From positions 1 to 34,369 of IMG/VR virus record IMGVR_UViG_3300037045_000029: 34,369 nt of DNA; one strand, 5' to 3'. The notes under the pieces are model-generated. The model did not search any database. It saw only the letters and a program-made list of their open reading frames with translations, and was not told where the DNA came from. A program made the translations under genes and the position numbers. This DNA is from a virus. Lineage: Duplodnaviria; Caudoviricetes. This document shows positions 9,946 to 19,635 of this stretch, piece by piece. Every line of letters begins with the position of its first letter. Position 1 is the first letter of the stretch.

Positions 9946-9975
9946 GGCGGGGTTTCGGCCCCGCTTTCACTTTTC
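9946..9975 (+). terminator. Hairpin / intrinsic terminator after tail tube gene
   Basis: GCGGGG-TTTCGG-CCCCGC followed by TTTCACTTTTT. Confidence 0.55.
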
Positions 9976-9991
9976 TGCATTAGGAGAACAA

Positions 9992-10459
9992 ATGTCAGAA
10001 ATAACTGTCCGGCCCCTACTGAAAAAAGACCAGAAGCGAATCGCGGGAATGTTCGCGACGCTGATGGACAAGATCGACGACAAGAGCGTCGCCCACATCA
10101 TCACCAGCGTCTCTGGCGGATCCGAAGGCGGCGAGGAGATCGGCGAAGCCCAGCGCAAAGCGAACGTCGCCCGCGTGTTCATGGAGCTCTTCAAGAAGCT
10201 CCTGGCGAACATGCACGATGAGGCGTGCGCCTTTCTTGCCGACCTCATCGGCGTGACGCCCGCGGTCTACGACGAGCTCCCGATCGACATCGACATCAAG
10301 ATCATCGAGGCGCTGAAAGCGAGGCCCGAGGTAGAAAATTTTTTTACTGGTGCATTGCGGCTGTACAGCTCGACAGGGTGGTTCAAGAGCACGTTGGAAA
10401 GTTTGAAAAGCAAGTACGCTACCGCCTCGGCTGCAATGCAAAAGGGCTTGACGAAGTAG
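9992..10459 (+). CDS. Tail assembly chaperone (gpG-like)
   Basis: AGGAG RBS; between tail tube and tape measure; contains a slippery heptamer. Confidence 0.85.
   Translation: MSEITVRPLLKKDQKRIAGMFATLMDKIDDKSVAHIITSVSGGSEGGEEIGEAQRKANVARVFMELFKKLLANMHDEACAFLADLIGVTPAVYDELPIDIDIKIIEALKARPEVENFFTGALRLYSSTGWFKSTLESLKSKYATASAAMQKGLTK
10336..10345 (+). other. -1 ribosomal frameshift slippery site
   Basis: GAA AAT TTT TTT ACT gives A-AAT-TTT and T-TTT-TTT (X XXY YYZ) in the gpG frame; the -1 frame stays open to 10719. Confidence 0.85.
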
Positions 10460-10719
10460 AGTTCGATCAGTTCTTTTTTCTCGGCGAGATGATCGAGGAG
10501 GAAAAAGCGGAGGCGGTTAAGCAGTCGATGATTGCCGCCTCATACACAGCGTGGCAGATGGGAGAGGCAAGAATGAGTTTCCCGCTTTACCTGAAAAAAC
10601 TTGGCCTTGCCGACTCGGAGCCGGAACTGACCGCCGAACAAAAAGAGATCCTAACCGCCCGCGGGCTTGACGTGGCGGAGAGAATCAACCAAGCAATGAA
10701 GGCCGGTAAAACAGCATGA
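10336..10719 (+). CDS. Tail assembly chaperone C-terminal extension (gpT part of gpGT fusion)
   Basis: -1 frame relative to 9992..10459; its stop overlaps the tape measure ATG. Confidence 0.8.
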   Translation, partial: KFFYWCIAAVQLDRVVQEHVGKFEKQVRYRLGCNAKGLDEVEFDQFFFLGEMIEEEKAEAVKQSMIAASYTAWQMGEARMSFPLYLKKLGLADSEPELTAEQKEILTARGLDVAERINQAMKAGKTA

Positions 10720-13148
10720 GAGAAATTTTTTCCCTTGTCGGCCGGATCTACACCGAGGGCCTCGATACTCTTGAAAAAGGGCTGAAGGGCATCGATAAGC
10801 AGCTGACGAAATCGGTCAACAAGATCGATCGGTTTGGCCGTGACGTGCAGAAGCTCGGAACCTCAATGGTCAAGCTCACGGCTCCTATCGCTGCGGTGGG
10901 CGCGGGGCTGACGGCTCTCGCCGTGAAAACCGGACAGTATGCCGACCACCTCCTTGACCTTGAGCAGATCACCGGACTATCAACCGACAGCCTGCAGGAG
11001 CTCGAAAGTGTAGCCAGGACCGCGGGCGTCGACTTCGACGGCCTGACCGGAATCATCACAAAATTCCAGGGCAAGCTACCGCAGATCATTTCGGGCAACG
11101 GTGAGGCATCCAACGCCATTAAGGCTCTTGGGGTTGACGTTTTCGACGCATCCGGCAGCGTGCGCGATATGAATAAGCTTTTTCCCGAGATGGTCAAGCG
11201 GCTGCAGTCGATTGAAAATATCACGGATAGAAACGCTCTGGCACAGCAGATTTTCGGGAAGTCAATGAAGGACCTCGCGCCGGTTCTCGGCATGACCGCC
11301 GGGCAATTCGACGCGGCAAAACAAGAAGCTCACGACATGGGCCTTGTGATGAGCAAGGACGCGCTGAACTCGGCAAATGATTTCCGCGTATCGATGGAAA
11401 AGCTTGGAGCTCAGGCGACCGCGGTCGGCCGGAATATCGCCGTGAAGTTCATTCCGATCCTGCAGGATGTAGTGCTCCCGCTGATTCGCGACAAAATCGC
11501 CCCGGCGCTGATGCTGTTCGCTGACAAGATCGCCGGAGTCATTACGTGGTTTTCCAACCTGTCGCCGATCATCCAGGACACAATCGCGGGGATGGTGATT
11601 TTTGCCGTGGCCATCGGCCCGATCCTGATCGGAGTCGGCAAGGCGATCACGATGGTCAAGACGCTGGTCACGACTATCAAGCTGCTGTCGGCCGCAATGA
11701 TTGCAAACCCTATCGGCCTCATCATTACGCTCATTGCCCTGCTGGTAACGGCCGGCATCGTGCTCTATCGAAATTGGGATACGGTCAAGGAGAAGCTGAG
11801 CCAGGCCTGGGACGCAATCGCCTACGCGACGCAACAGGCCGTGTCCTACATGAAGACGCTCATAATCTCCTATATCAAGCTGTACGTGGATGGCGTCAAC
11901 ACCATCGCCAAGTATATCCCGGTTCTCGGCCCGGCCGTCGCGGGCCTCAAGGCGAAGCTCGACGAAATGCTGGTCAAGGAAAAAGACCTGAGATACGAGC
12001 GCAAGCTGTCCCGCGAAGAGGCGAAGCTGCAGGCCAGGCAGACGGAAGAGCTGACGGCAACAATCGCGGCGGCCAAGGTGGCGACGCAAGAGTATACGGT
12101 TTCGACGCTGCAGGAAGTCGCGGCAAAGGAGAAGGACGTTGAGGCGACAAGGGACCAGATAAAGGCAGATCAGGAACTGCACCGGGCAAAATCTGAATTT
12201 GAATCTGGATGGTCCGACACCGTTCGCGGCGAAATAATGACCAGGGCGCAACTGCTCGATTGGGAATACAAGGAGGCGCTATCTAAGGCCGAAGACTTGG
12301 GGGCAGACCGCCAAGACATAGACTTGTATTACTCCATCCAGCGGATGCGGCAAGCGCAGGAAGAGCAAAAAGAAAAAGACAAGGTGGCGGCGGCGGGCAA
12401 CGCGATGCAGAAATTCATGCAGCGCGACGGCGTGCAAATGGGAATGCAGGCCCTCGATCAGCTGGCGGCACTTGGTGAACAGCAAACCGACCTCAAGCTC
12501 GCGAGACTCGACCAGGAGACTGCCAGAAACCGCGCCGCCATCGAAAACTCGCTGATGTCGGAAGAAATGAAAAAGACCAAGATCGCAGCGCTCGAAGCCG
12601 ATGCTGACAAAAAGAAAAAAGCGCTGATGATCAAGCAGGCGAAGCGAGACAAGGCCGCAGCCATCTTCGGTGCGGTCGTAAACACCTTTCAGGCGGTCTC
12701 GAAGGCGCTCACCCTTGGCTTTCCCCTCGGCCTCATCATGGCCGGGATTTTTGGGGCCCTGGGAGCGATACAGATAGGCATGATCGCCGCGGCTCCTCTT
12801 CCCCAGCTGGCAGAGGGCGGGCTGATCAAAAGCCGCTCCGGCGGCGTCGACGTGACGGTCGGAGAGGGCAAGGAGGACGAGCTCGTTTTGCCAATGAAAA
12901 CCGGCGTCAGAGACATTGTGCGCGGCATCCTGTCCGGCGTGGCGGGGGCTGTTCTCCCCCCTACCGCTGTCCCGGCCCTGGCGATGGGGGGCGGCTCGTC
13001 CGCCTCCCTTGCCGGTGTGCCGAGGGGTGATGGCGGAATGCACCTGCACATTCACGGCACACTGATTGCCGACGACAGCGGCCTGAAGAATCTTGAAAAA
13101 ACGCTTTACAAGTTCCGCGTGGCCGAAGCGCAACGGAAAGGGCAGTAA
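10716..13148 (+). CDS. Tail tape measure protein
   Basis: 810 aa, helical/Ala-rich with hydrophobic segments; 'ANPIGLIITLIALLV.AGIVLYRNWDTVK'; 'LAEGGLI'. Confidence 0.95.
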   Translation: MREIFSLVGRIYTEGLDTLEKGLKGIDKQLTKSVNKIDRFGRDVQKLGTSMVKLTAPIAAVGAGLTALAVKTGQYADHLLDLEQITGLSTDSLQELESVARTAGVDFDGLTGIITKFQGKLPQIISGNGEASNAIKALGVDVFDASGSVRDMNKLFPEMVKRLQSIENITDRNALAQQIFGKSMKDLAPVLGMTAGQFDAAKQEAHDMGLVMSKDALNSANDFRVSMEKLGAQATAVGRNIAVKFIPILQDVVLPLIRDKIAPALMLFADKIAGVITWFSNLSPIIQDTIAGMVIFAVAIGPILIGVGKAITMVKTLVTTIKLLSAAMIANPIGLIITLIALLVTAGIVLYRNWDTVKEKLSQAWDAIAYATQQAVSYMKTLIISYIKLYVDGVNTIAKYIPVLGPAVAGLKAKLDEMLVKEKDLRYERKLSREEAKLQARQTEELTATIAAAKVATQEYTVSTLQEVAAKEKDVEATRDQIKADQELHRAKSEFESGWSDTVRGEIMTRAQLLDWEYKEALSKAEDLGADRQDIDLYYSIQRMRQAQEEQKEKDKVAAAGNAMQKFMQRDGVQMGMQALDQLAALGEQQTDLKLARLDQETARNRAAIENSLMSEEMKKTKIAALEADADKKKKALMIKQAKRDKAAAIFGAVVNTFQAVSKALTLGFPLGLIMAGIFGALGAIQIGMIAAAPLPQLAEGGLIKSRSGGVDVTVGEGKEDELVLPMKTGVRDIVRGILSGVAGAVLPPTAVPALAMGGGSSASLAGVPRGDGGMHLHIHGTLIADDSGLKNLEKTLYKFRVAEAQRKGQ

Positions 13149-13150
13149 TC

Positions 13151-13519
13151 ATGGCAGCCCCCGATATTTACTTAGGCCTTTCCGGCTCCGAGACCCTGCT
13201 GTCACCCTTCGGCCGCAAATACAGCCGGACCCCGGTTGAGATCGCCCGCCAGGACCGCACGGCGTCCGGCCGGCTGGTCAAGGACATCGTGGCGCTCAAA
13301 TACTCGTTCACCCTGGCCTACTCGCTCATCGACACGGCCGACATGCTGATCTTCGAGGGCCTCTATGGCCTGCAGTCTCAGCTGTCACTGCGGATGCGGC
13401 GCCCGGATGGCGGCCTGACCACCTACGCCGTGCACATGAAGCCCTTTGCCTACGAGCGGGTCGTGTCGGTCGGGAATGGCCTATGGGGCAACGTCGTGAT
13501 TGAATTGGAGCAGGTATAA
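13151..13519 (+). CDS. Distal tail / tail tip protein
   Basis: Directly after TMP; 'RTASGRLVKD..A.K..F.L.Y'. Confidence 0.7.
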   Translation: MAAPDIYLGLSGSETLLSPFGRKYSRTPVEIARQDRTASGRLVKDIVALKYSFTLAYSLIDTADMLIFEGLYGLQSQLSLRMRRPDGGLTTYAVHMKPFAYERVVSVGNGLWGNVVIELEQV

Positions 13520-15471
13520 TGCTGGCATGTAGCCCCGCATTCACCGCCGCCGCTGCGGCCGGTATCCGCAAGCCGAAGGCTCGCGTCACGATCGTATGGA
13601 CCGACCCTTTTATTGACCCCTCGATCACCACGGAGTCCAGCAGCCTGAACCGCGTTTCGTACCCCGAGCAGGTCGCCGACCTTATCGAGGACGTGCCGTA
13701 TAAGTGGGCGCACTGTGACGGCCAGACGCCTCTTTCTGCCGGACTCCACCCGGCCCCTGGGTCGCTGGCCGACGCTCGAGACCGGCAGATGGGCTGGTGG
13801 AGCGCTGGCCGCAGCGGGGCGGACGGTGTGGTTTCCCCCGAGCAGGAGCTTTCGATATCGTTTACGGCCCGGCCGGTCTTCTCGCTGCGCGTTGCCGGGG
13901 ACGATGCGTGGGGCGAGTCTCCGGTTGATTTCTCGGTTTTGATTTATAGCGGGGCGTCACTCCTGGCCCGCGTCGACGTTGAGGACAACGACGATCAGGA
14001 TTGGACGCACGACGTGAGCTCGGCAGGGATAACGGCGGCCGACAAGATCGTGCTGATAGTCTCCAAATGGTCGCACGCCTCCCGCGTGGTCAAGATCGCT
14101 GAGTTTTACACCTCCATCGCCACCCGCTACGATGGCGACGAGATCATGTCGATGACGATCACCGAAGAGCGAGACACCAAGGACGGGACACTCCCGATCG
14201 GAAACGTCAGCGCCAACGAGATCGACCTCAAGCTGAACAACACCGATGATAAGTTCTTCCCCGGCAACACCGACGCCCCGCTCCACACGCTGGTCAAGAA
14301 AAACCGTCGGATCATCGCCGAGCTTGGCTTCGAGCTGCCCGATGGAACCACCGAATACATGCCGATGGGGGTATTTTGGTCAGGCGATTGGCAGACCTCA
14401 GAGATGGGCACCGATGCCGCCACCAGCGGCCGCGACCGCATGGAAGCGCTGAGAAAATCCAGCTTCTACGCGGGGGAAGTCTACGAAAATACGAACCTCA
14501 AGGCCTTGGCCGAGATCGTGCTGCTCGACGCCAAGACGCTGATGCCGGACCTCGAGTATTCCGTCGCCGATGAATTGGAGTCTTTCACGATCCCCTGGGC
14601 GTGGCTGGAAAAGCAGAGCCATTTCGACGCGCTCAAGAAAATAGCCACCGCCTGCATGGGTTACGCCTACTGCGACCGACTCGGAGTCGTGCAGATTCTT
14701 GGACCGACCGCCCCGTCCGGCGCTTCCGTGTTGCAGATCACGGCCGACAACTACTTCGACCGGAACCAGCCGGCCAACAGTGAGGACATTGCCAACCGAA
14801 TCGAGGTGACGACTGCCCCGCTCGTCCCGGCGACTGTGGCAGATACCGTTTACGAGTCGCAAGAAGAGATCACTATTGCGGCTGGCCAGACGGTGGTGGT
14901 CGAGTGCAAATATCAAGGCGCCCCGGTAATCGAGGCGGTGGCCACCACAATCGAGGCCGGCGACGCGGTACCCTCCGATGCCGAATATTACGCATGGGGT
15001 GCCATCGTCTCAGTTTACAGCGCGACGGGCGACACGTGCAAGATCAAGATCGTGGGGAAAAAGTTCGAGGTGGTCGGAGCGGAGACGGTGGTGGAGGAAG
15101 GCGTGGCCAGCATCCGCGAGTTTGGCGTGCAGGCCTATAAATTTCCCGAGTCCAAGCTGATCCAATCGCGGGACATCGCCGAGACTATCACCGCAACGCT
15201 TTTGCCCGTTTACAGCACCCCCAGCAAGGATACCAATCTGGATTGGCGCGGGCACCCGGCCTTGGAGCTCGGTGACGCCGTGACGGTGCCGGAGTACGGG
15301 TCAACCACGGCCGACTTTTACATCACGCGGCAAACGCACACTTACGACGGCACCTATAAAGCCAAGCTCGACGGCCGAAAGGCCGAGAACATCACCGGCA
15401 ACTACCAAGATACCGATGGGGCAGTTGCAAAATGGCAAGACACCGACGCGGCTTTAAAAATACAGGAATAG
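13519..15471 (+). CDS. Tail tip/hub (minor tail) protein
   Basis: 650 aa; 'LPIGNVSANEIDLKLNN', 'WRGHPALELGDAVTV'; synteny. Confidence 0.8.
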   Translation: MLACSPAFTAAAAAGIRKPKARVTIVWTDPFIDPSITTESSSLNRVSYPEQVADLIEDVPYKWAHCDGQTPLSAGLHPAPGSLADARDRQMGWWSAGRSGADGVVSPEQELSISFTARPVFSLRVAGDDAWGESPVDFSVLIYSGASLLARVDVEDNDDQDWTHDVSSAGITAADKIVLIVSKWSHASRVVKIAEFYTSIATRYDGDEIMSMTITEERDTKDGTLPIGNVSANEIDLKLNNTDDKFFPGNTDAPLHTLVKKNRRIIAELGFELPDGTTEYMPMGVFWSGDWQTSEMGTDAATSGRDRMEALRKSSFYAGEVYENTNLKALAEIVLLDAKTLMPDLEYSVADELESFTIPWAWLEKQSHFDALKKIATACMGYAYCDRLGVVQILGPTAPSGASVLQITADNYFDRNQPANSEDIANRIEVTTAPLVPATVADTVYESQEEITIAAGQTVVVECKYQGAPVIEAVATTIEAGDAVPSDAEYYAWGAIVSVYSATGDTCKIKIVGKKFEVVGAETVVEEGVASIREFGVQAYKFPESKLIQSRDIAETITATLLPVYSTPSKDTNLDWRGHPALELGDAVTVPEYGSTTADFYITRQTHTYDGTYKAKLDGRKAENITGNYQDTDGAVAKWQDTDAALKIQE

Positions 15472-15481
15472 GAGGGACACC

Positions 15482-17401
15482 ATGCCCGCAAACGTGACAA
15501 TAATTCCCGGAGCAAAACAGGTCGACCTTTACATGGGCAACTACACCTATGCCGACATCGTTGCCAGCATGGAGCCGCTGAAACTCCACCTCGCCACGGA
15601 CATCAACCGGCTCATCTATAAAATTGCTGATGGCACAGCGTTTAAAATCCTGACCGACGCCAGCGGGGCGGCAAACACTCCGGCGACCAGGTTGTTTTTT
15701 GCTGACTCAATCGGGGCGGCATCCTCGTCCGCCGATCTGATATTTGCATCAAATTGTCTAATAAATGGATCAATTGCCCCAACCGCTGCGGCCAGATTCT
15801 ACGCGCTTGAGGCGATCACCGCTCATGCCCACTACGCTTTTCTCGATGACTCGACCATTAACAACTCCGGCGCGATCGCCACGCTTGGCCACGCGAGCTA
15901 CAACTGCAACATTAAACTACAGGGCACAAACAATTTTGACCATCACGCCGCATTCCAAAACTATTCAAAATATGACGGTTCTGGAACTATCGGAGTTCTG
16001 CGCGGGTTCCATTCAATCCCGTCGCAGAGCGCGGGTACAATTTCAAATGTGATGCATTTTCAGGCGGACGACATCCAGCAAACAGGCGGCACGTCGGCCG
16101 CTCAGGATGGCTTTTACATTGATGCGCTATCCAAGGCAACTGCCAACTGCGGGATTCGTATTGGCGGGATACCGGACACTGCGACCAACTACGGCATCAA
16201 ATGCTCGGCGCTCGCACAATCGTACATTAAAGGTAAGCTCGGTCTCAACATCGACGCTCCCGCTTGTTTGCTGCACGTGCGCGGCGAGGCTCGTTTCGGT
16301 CGAGCCTCCGACGACGATCGGTATTTTTCAATTTTTGGCGCTAACGGAAATTTTAGTTTGTACTACACTACTGTAAAGCAAATTCAACTCGCATACACTG
16401 GCGGCGATATGTGGCTCGGAGCTGGCAGCGGAACCGTAGGTGCGGACGCTCAACTCTTTTTGCAGGGGAGTACCGGCAATCTCGGACTCGGGCGAAACCC
16501 TACATCTGGCTACCGGCTGGACATCGCGGCAGCGTCAGGGCTGGCCATGATCGCATCGACCACCACAACGTCGCTTGCGCACCTGTGCATAAAAAACAAC
16601 GGGACCGGGCTATTTATTGGTAAGGAGCGGTCGACCGGTGGCGGCATCGTGACGGGATCGATCGGATACTCCACGGTGATTCGAGACTCTGACGGCAAAC
16701 CGATCCACCTGTGTGTTGGGAATGTTTTGGGAGCGACGCTTGATGCAAGTAATAATTTCGGGGTCGGAACAATCGCCCCTGATCGCCGCTTCCACGTCAA
16801 GGTAGAGGACGCGGTGACGAGCGCCATCACGTACGTGGCGCGGTTCAGTCACTACTGTTCCGCGGCTCCGGTTTCTGGATCGTTCGGGGTCGGAATAGAA
16901 TTTGAGGCCGAACAGGACGGTTGCCCATCAGCCCCGTTCATCGGAACCCTGTCGTATGTTGGTGGCGGTTTTTCGATATCTGATCGGCTGTTTTCGGTCA
17001 ACGGCTTTTCTGTCGGAAACACGCAAACTGCGCCCAAACTTACGATTACATACGCGGCCGATCACTCGGCCATAACGTCGGGCGGGCACCTCGATCTGGT
17101 CGCCGCTCCTGGCAAAAACTTTACTCACGAGCTGCCCGACAACAGCGGGGAGGGAGGCATCTATACCGTAAAAATGAGCGATTCGCAGTCGTATGCGCTA
17201 ATTGGCGACGGGCTCAGCAGCCACACGCGGGTCGGCAAAAACGGCAGCATGACATTTACCGGAGATGCTACGCTGTGCGTGCCGACAAAAAACACGACCG
17301 GCGACCCGACCGGAGCCGAGGGGATGATCTATACGAATACGTTTGATAACAAGGTGAAAGTTTACAGCGATGGCGCGTGGAGGGAGCTGGCAACATGGTG
17401 A
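15482..17401 (+). CDS. Tail fibre / receptor-binding protein
   Basis: GGAGG RBS; Gly/Ser/Thr-rich; repeats KLGLNIDAP..LHV, NLGLGRNP..RLDI, NFGVGTIAP..FHV; C-terminal 'EGMIYTNT.DNKVKVY.DGAW'. Confidence 0.8.
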   Translation: MPANVTIIPGAKQVDLYMGNYTYADIVASMEPLKLHLATDINRLIYKIADGTAFKILTDASGAANTPATRLFFADSIGAASSSADLIFASNCLINGSIAPTAAARFYALEAITAHAHYAFLDDSTINNSGAIATLGHASYNCNIKLQGTNNFDHHAAFQNYSKYDGSGTIGVLRGFHSIPSQSAGTISNVMHFQADDIQQTGGTSAAQDGFYIDALSKATANCGIRIGGIPDTATNYGIKCSALAQSYIKGKLGLNIDAPACLLHVRGEARFGRASDDDRYFSIFGANGNFSLYYTTVKQIQLAYTGGDMWLGAGSGTVGADAQLFLQGSTGNLGLGRNPTSGYRLDIAAASGLAMIASTTTTSLAHLCIKNNGTGLFIGKERSTGGGIVTGSIGYSTVIRDSDGKPIHLCVGNVLGATLDASNNFGVGTIAPDRRFHVKVEDAVTSAITYVARFSHYCSAAPVSGSFGVGIEFEAEQDGCPSAPFIGTLSYVGGGFSISDRLFSVNGFSVGNTQTAPKLTITYAADHSAITSGGHLDLVAAPGKNFTHELPDNSGEGGIYTVKMSDSQSYALIGDGLSSHTRVGKNGSMTFTGDATLCVPTKNTTGDPTGAEGMIYTNTFDNKVKVYSDGAWRELATW

Positions 17402-17886
17402 CATTTATTATTCCGTGGTTCGGAAAAAAAATTCCGGCGAGAAATCAGCGTTGCATCGACATCTCCCGCGCCACCATCGAGGCGGCGGGGCACACGCTGG
17501 AGGTGCGGAAGCTGCCATCGGTTGGCGACGCCGTAGCGGCTGCCATCGCCAAGGATTTGCTGGCGTTTGAGCTGGCCACAACGATTCCGAACTTGGCGGT
17601 ATTTGATGCCGACCTTGAGATAAAAAGCGTTCCGACCCTCGATCCTGGGAAACCGTTTTTCATCCACGAGTTCCCCGACGACTGCCACCCGCACGGCACG
17701 CCGCGAATCGGATTTTTTTTCGTCAACGGTTGCTGCGAATGGTTCGTAAACCTGCAGGCCGAGAAAAAGCTGCGTGGGATTGTCGATTGCTACGGGTTCC
17801 CGAACAAGCTGCTGCGGGACAAAACTGTGGGACTTATCCCTGAATCATCGTACGTTCATCACCGCTTCACAAGCGGGAAACTATAA
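17395..17886 (+). CDS. Putative glycosyltransferase, GT32/DXD-motif-like
   Basis: 'PWFGKKIP...RCIDIS', 'AKDLLAFEL', 'VFDADLE' mirror the WFG...CI.S...D..R...DxD order of GT32 enzymes. Confidence 0.55.
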   Translation: MVTFIIPWFGKKIPARNQRCIDISRATIEAAGHTLEVRKLPSVGDAVAAAIAKDLLAFELATTIPNLAVFDADLEIKSVPTLDPGKPFFIHEFPDDCHPHGTPRIGFFFVNGCCEWFVNLQAEKKLRGIVDCYGFPNKLLRDKTVGLIPESSYVHHRFTSGKL

Positions 17887-17907
17887 ACATTTTTCGAGGA
17901 GAACAGA

Positions 17908-18324
17908 ATGAGCAAGGAAATTTCAAAGCGGTTCGTGCTGAAACTCAGCGACAAGTCGATCTTGGTCAAAGTCACGGAGCGAACCGAGGCTGGCGTCGTC
18001 GAGACCGAGTATCCCCTGCGGGGCATCGAGGTCGCGATGCTGACGAGTCTGTTTGATATCTCGGCCAGCTCGCAGGAATCATTCAAAGCGGCCAACGAAT
18101 GCCTTGACTGCATCGGGCATATCGAGGCGCTGACCGACGACGAGTGCGAAATCGTATTGACGCAGAAGGACCTCGACTATCTCACCGGCGCGTTCAAAAA
18201 GAGTGCCGAGCGGGCCGGACGACCTCACGCGTGGAACAAATGCCGGGCGCTCGTCGCCCAGCTGGGAAATCCGCAGGAGAAAAAAGCTGAAGAGAAAAAG
18301 GCCGAAGAGTCGAAACCCGAATAA
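17908..18324 (+). CDS. Hypothetical protein (possible fibre chaperone)
   Basis: GAGGAG RBS, 138 aa, followed by a terminator. Confidence 0.6.
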   Translation: MSKEISKRFVLKLSDKSILVKVTERTEAGVVETEYPLRGIEVAMLTSLFDISASSQESFKAANECLDCIGHIEALTDDECEIVLTQKDLDYLTGAFKKSAERAGRPHAWNKCRALVAQLGNPQEKKAEEKKAEESKPE

Positions 18325-18330
18325 TCAACT

Positions 18331-18356
18331 GCCCCCGGTGACAAGCCGGGGGCTTT
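18331..18356 (+). terminator. Intrinsic terminator-like hairpin
   Basis: GCCCCCGG-TGACAAG-CCGGGGGC-TTT. Confidence 0.6.
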
Positions 18357-18368
18357 CAAAGGATAGCC

Positions 18369-18815
18369 ATGCCAATAGCAGAATCGAAAATAGATTGGGA
18401 TGCGGATGATGTTCTTAGCGCCACCGACCTCAACCGGATCGAGGGGAACACGTTTGCGATTTTGCGATCTTCCGAATTTTCCGGATCATTACCAGTGACC
18501 GCCGATGCCGGCGCAACGCTTTTCGCTGTAACTGTCAACGTTCCGGCCGGCACAAACGTTGTTTTAAGACGTGCCAGATTTGCCAGGACTTCAACCGGCG
18601 ACCTGAAAATAAAAATTCTGATCGACGGCGAAAGCGCCACCGAGTACTTCAACGACTCCTACGCCTTCGACATGGTTACTGATCACACGCTGTACTCTAA
18701 CACGTCCGGCGTCGCAGAGCTAAAAACGCTTATCGTCAAAAAGGCTGCGGTTTTCGGCGAATACTTTATCGGCTGCGGATTTTATCTCAACATCGAAATA
18801 GTCGACCAGGCATAA
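18369..18815 (+). CDS. Minor tail / fibre-anchor-like protein
   Basis: N-terminal 'K.DW..DD.....DLNRIEGN' motif seen in siphophage tail-fibre N-termini. Confidence 0.6.
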   Translation: MPIAESKIDWDADDVLSATDLNRIEGNTFAILRSSEFSGSLPVTADAGATLFAVTVNVPAGTNVVLRRARFARTSTGDLKIKILIDGESATEYFNDSYAFDMVTDHTLYSNTSGVAELKTLIVKKAAVFGEYFIGCGFYLNIEIVDQA

Positions 18816-18827
18816 GAAAGGCCCGCC

Positions 18828-19055
18828 ATGAATATCGCCCCCGAAATACTCGTCGCCCTGCTGTCTGTTACGTGGACGGCGGGGATGTTTGTCGGCCTCT
18901 TTGCGGCCCGGTACATGAGCAAAAAGGAGTGCAAAGAGCGGTGCGATCAGATATGGCAGCGGATCGACTCGATTCAGGACGGGCTGACCGGGCAGCCGAT
19001 ACACTTCGAGCTGAAAATGGTAAGTCATAAAACCAACTCTAAAACTGTGGGGTGA
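18828..19055 (+). CDS. Small membrane protein (holin/lysis-associated candidate)
   Basis: One N-terminal hydrophobic segment plus charged tail; in the lysis cassette. Confidence 0.55.
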   Translation: MNIAPEILVALLSVTWTAGMFVGLFAARYMSKKECKERCDQIWQRIDSIQDGLTGQPIHFELKMVSHKTNSKTVG

Positions 19056-19498
19056 TTATGGCACTTGTCAAATCGGGATTGAAGGGGCAATTTTACGGGC
19101 ACCTGCTGACCGAGTACATTGACGGCAACATGTGGAGATTGGTCCAGCGCGATGGTGTGCGGTTCGGGCTGATCGTCGAGGGTGTCGGCACCATCGAGCC
19201 GCCTGACGGATTCTGTTTTGACTTCGCCAGCATTCCGGCCCCGGTGCGGTGGGTCTACCCCAAAACCGGAACGGGAGAAAAAGACGGCCGGTATGGGCGC
19301 GATGCGGTTATCCACGATTGGCTCTACAGCAATCCCGGGCCGATGGGCCGGAAGCTGTGCGACCAAATTTTCCTGCTTGGCATGGAACTCGACGGCGTGC
19401 GGCCGACGCTGCGCGGGCTGTTCTACGCCGCGGTGCGGGTGGGCGGCGCTTCTGTTTTCGGAAGGCCTGACAAACTCAACCAAATGAGGGCAAAATGA
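19052..19498 (+). CDS. DUF1353-like protein
   Basis: 'PDGF.FDFASIP', 'AVIHDWLY', 'R..CD.IF..GM', 'YAAVRVGG'. Confidence 0.85.
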   Translation: MIMALVKSGLKGQFYGHLLTEYIDGNMWRLVQRDGVRFGLIVEGVGTIEPPDGFCFDFASIPAPVRWVYPKTGTGEKDGRYGRDAVIHDWLYSNPGPMGRKLCDQIFLLGMELDGVRPTLRGLFYAAVRVGGASVFGRPDKLNQMRAK

Positions 19499-19635
19499 AA
19501 AAGCTTCTCAAGTCCAAAAGATTCTGGGCGGCCGTCGCAGCTGCTGCCGCTGGCGTCGGGCTCATCGTCTCGGGCGATCAGACGGGCGGGATCCGGGCGG
19601 TGGTCTCCGCGATCCTGCAGGTGGTGGGACAGTGA
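19495..19635 (+). CDS. Putative holin (46 aa, not in ORF track)
   Basis: MKKLLKSKRFWAAVAAAAAGVGLIVSGDQTGGIRAVVSAILQVVGQ; 'KS..FW' holin-like start; overlaps both neighbours by 4 bp. Confidence 0.65.
   Translation: MKKLLKSKRFWAAVAAAAAGVGLIVSGDQTGGIRAVVSAILQVVGQ

Noticed and set aside
1378-13133. Long antisense ORFs (e.g. 1378-2340, 4673-6118, 11262-12251, 12279-13133)
   Set aside because: They shadow well-supported genes and are expected from GC-rich codon bias; no motifs recognised.
15482-19000. Diversity-generating retroelement targeting the fibre
   Set aside because: No reverse transcriptase and no TR/VR repeat pair seen in the window.
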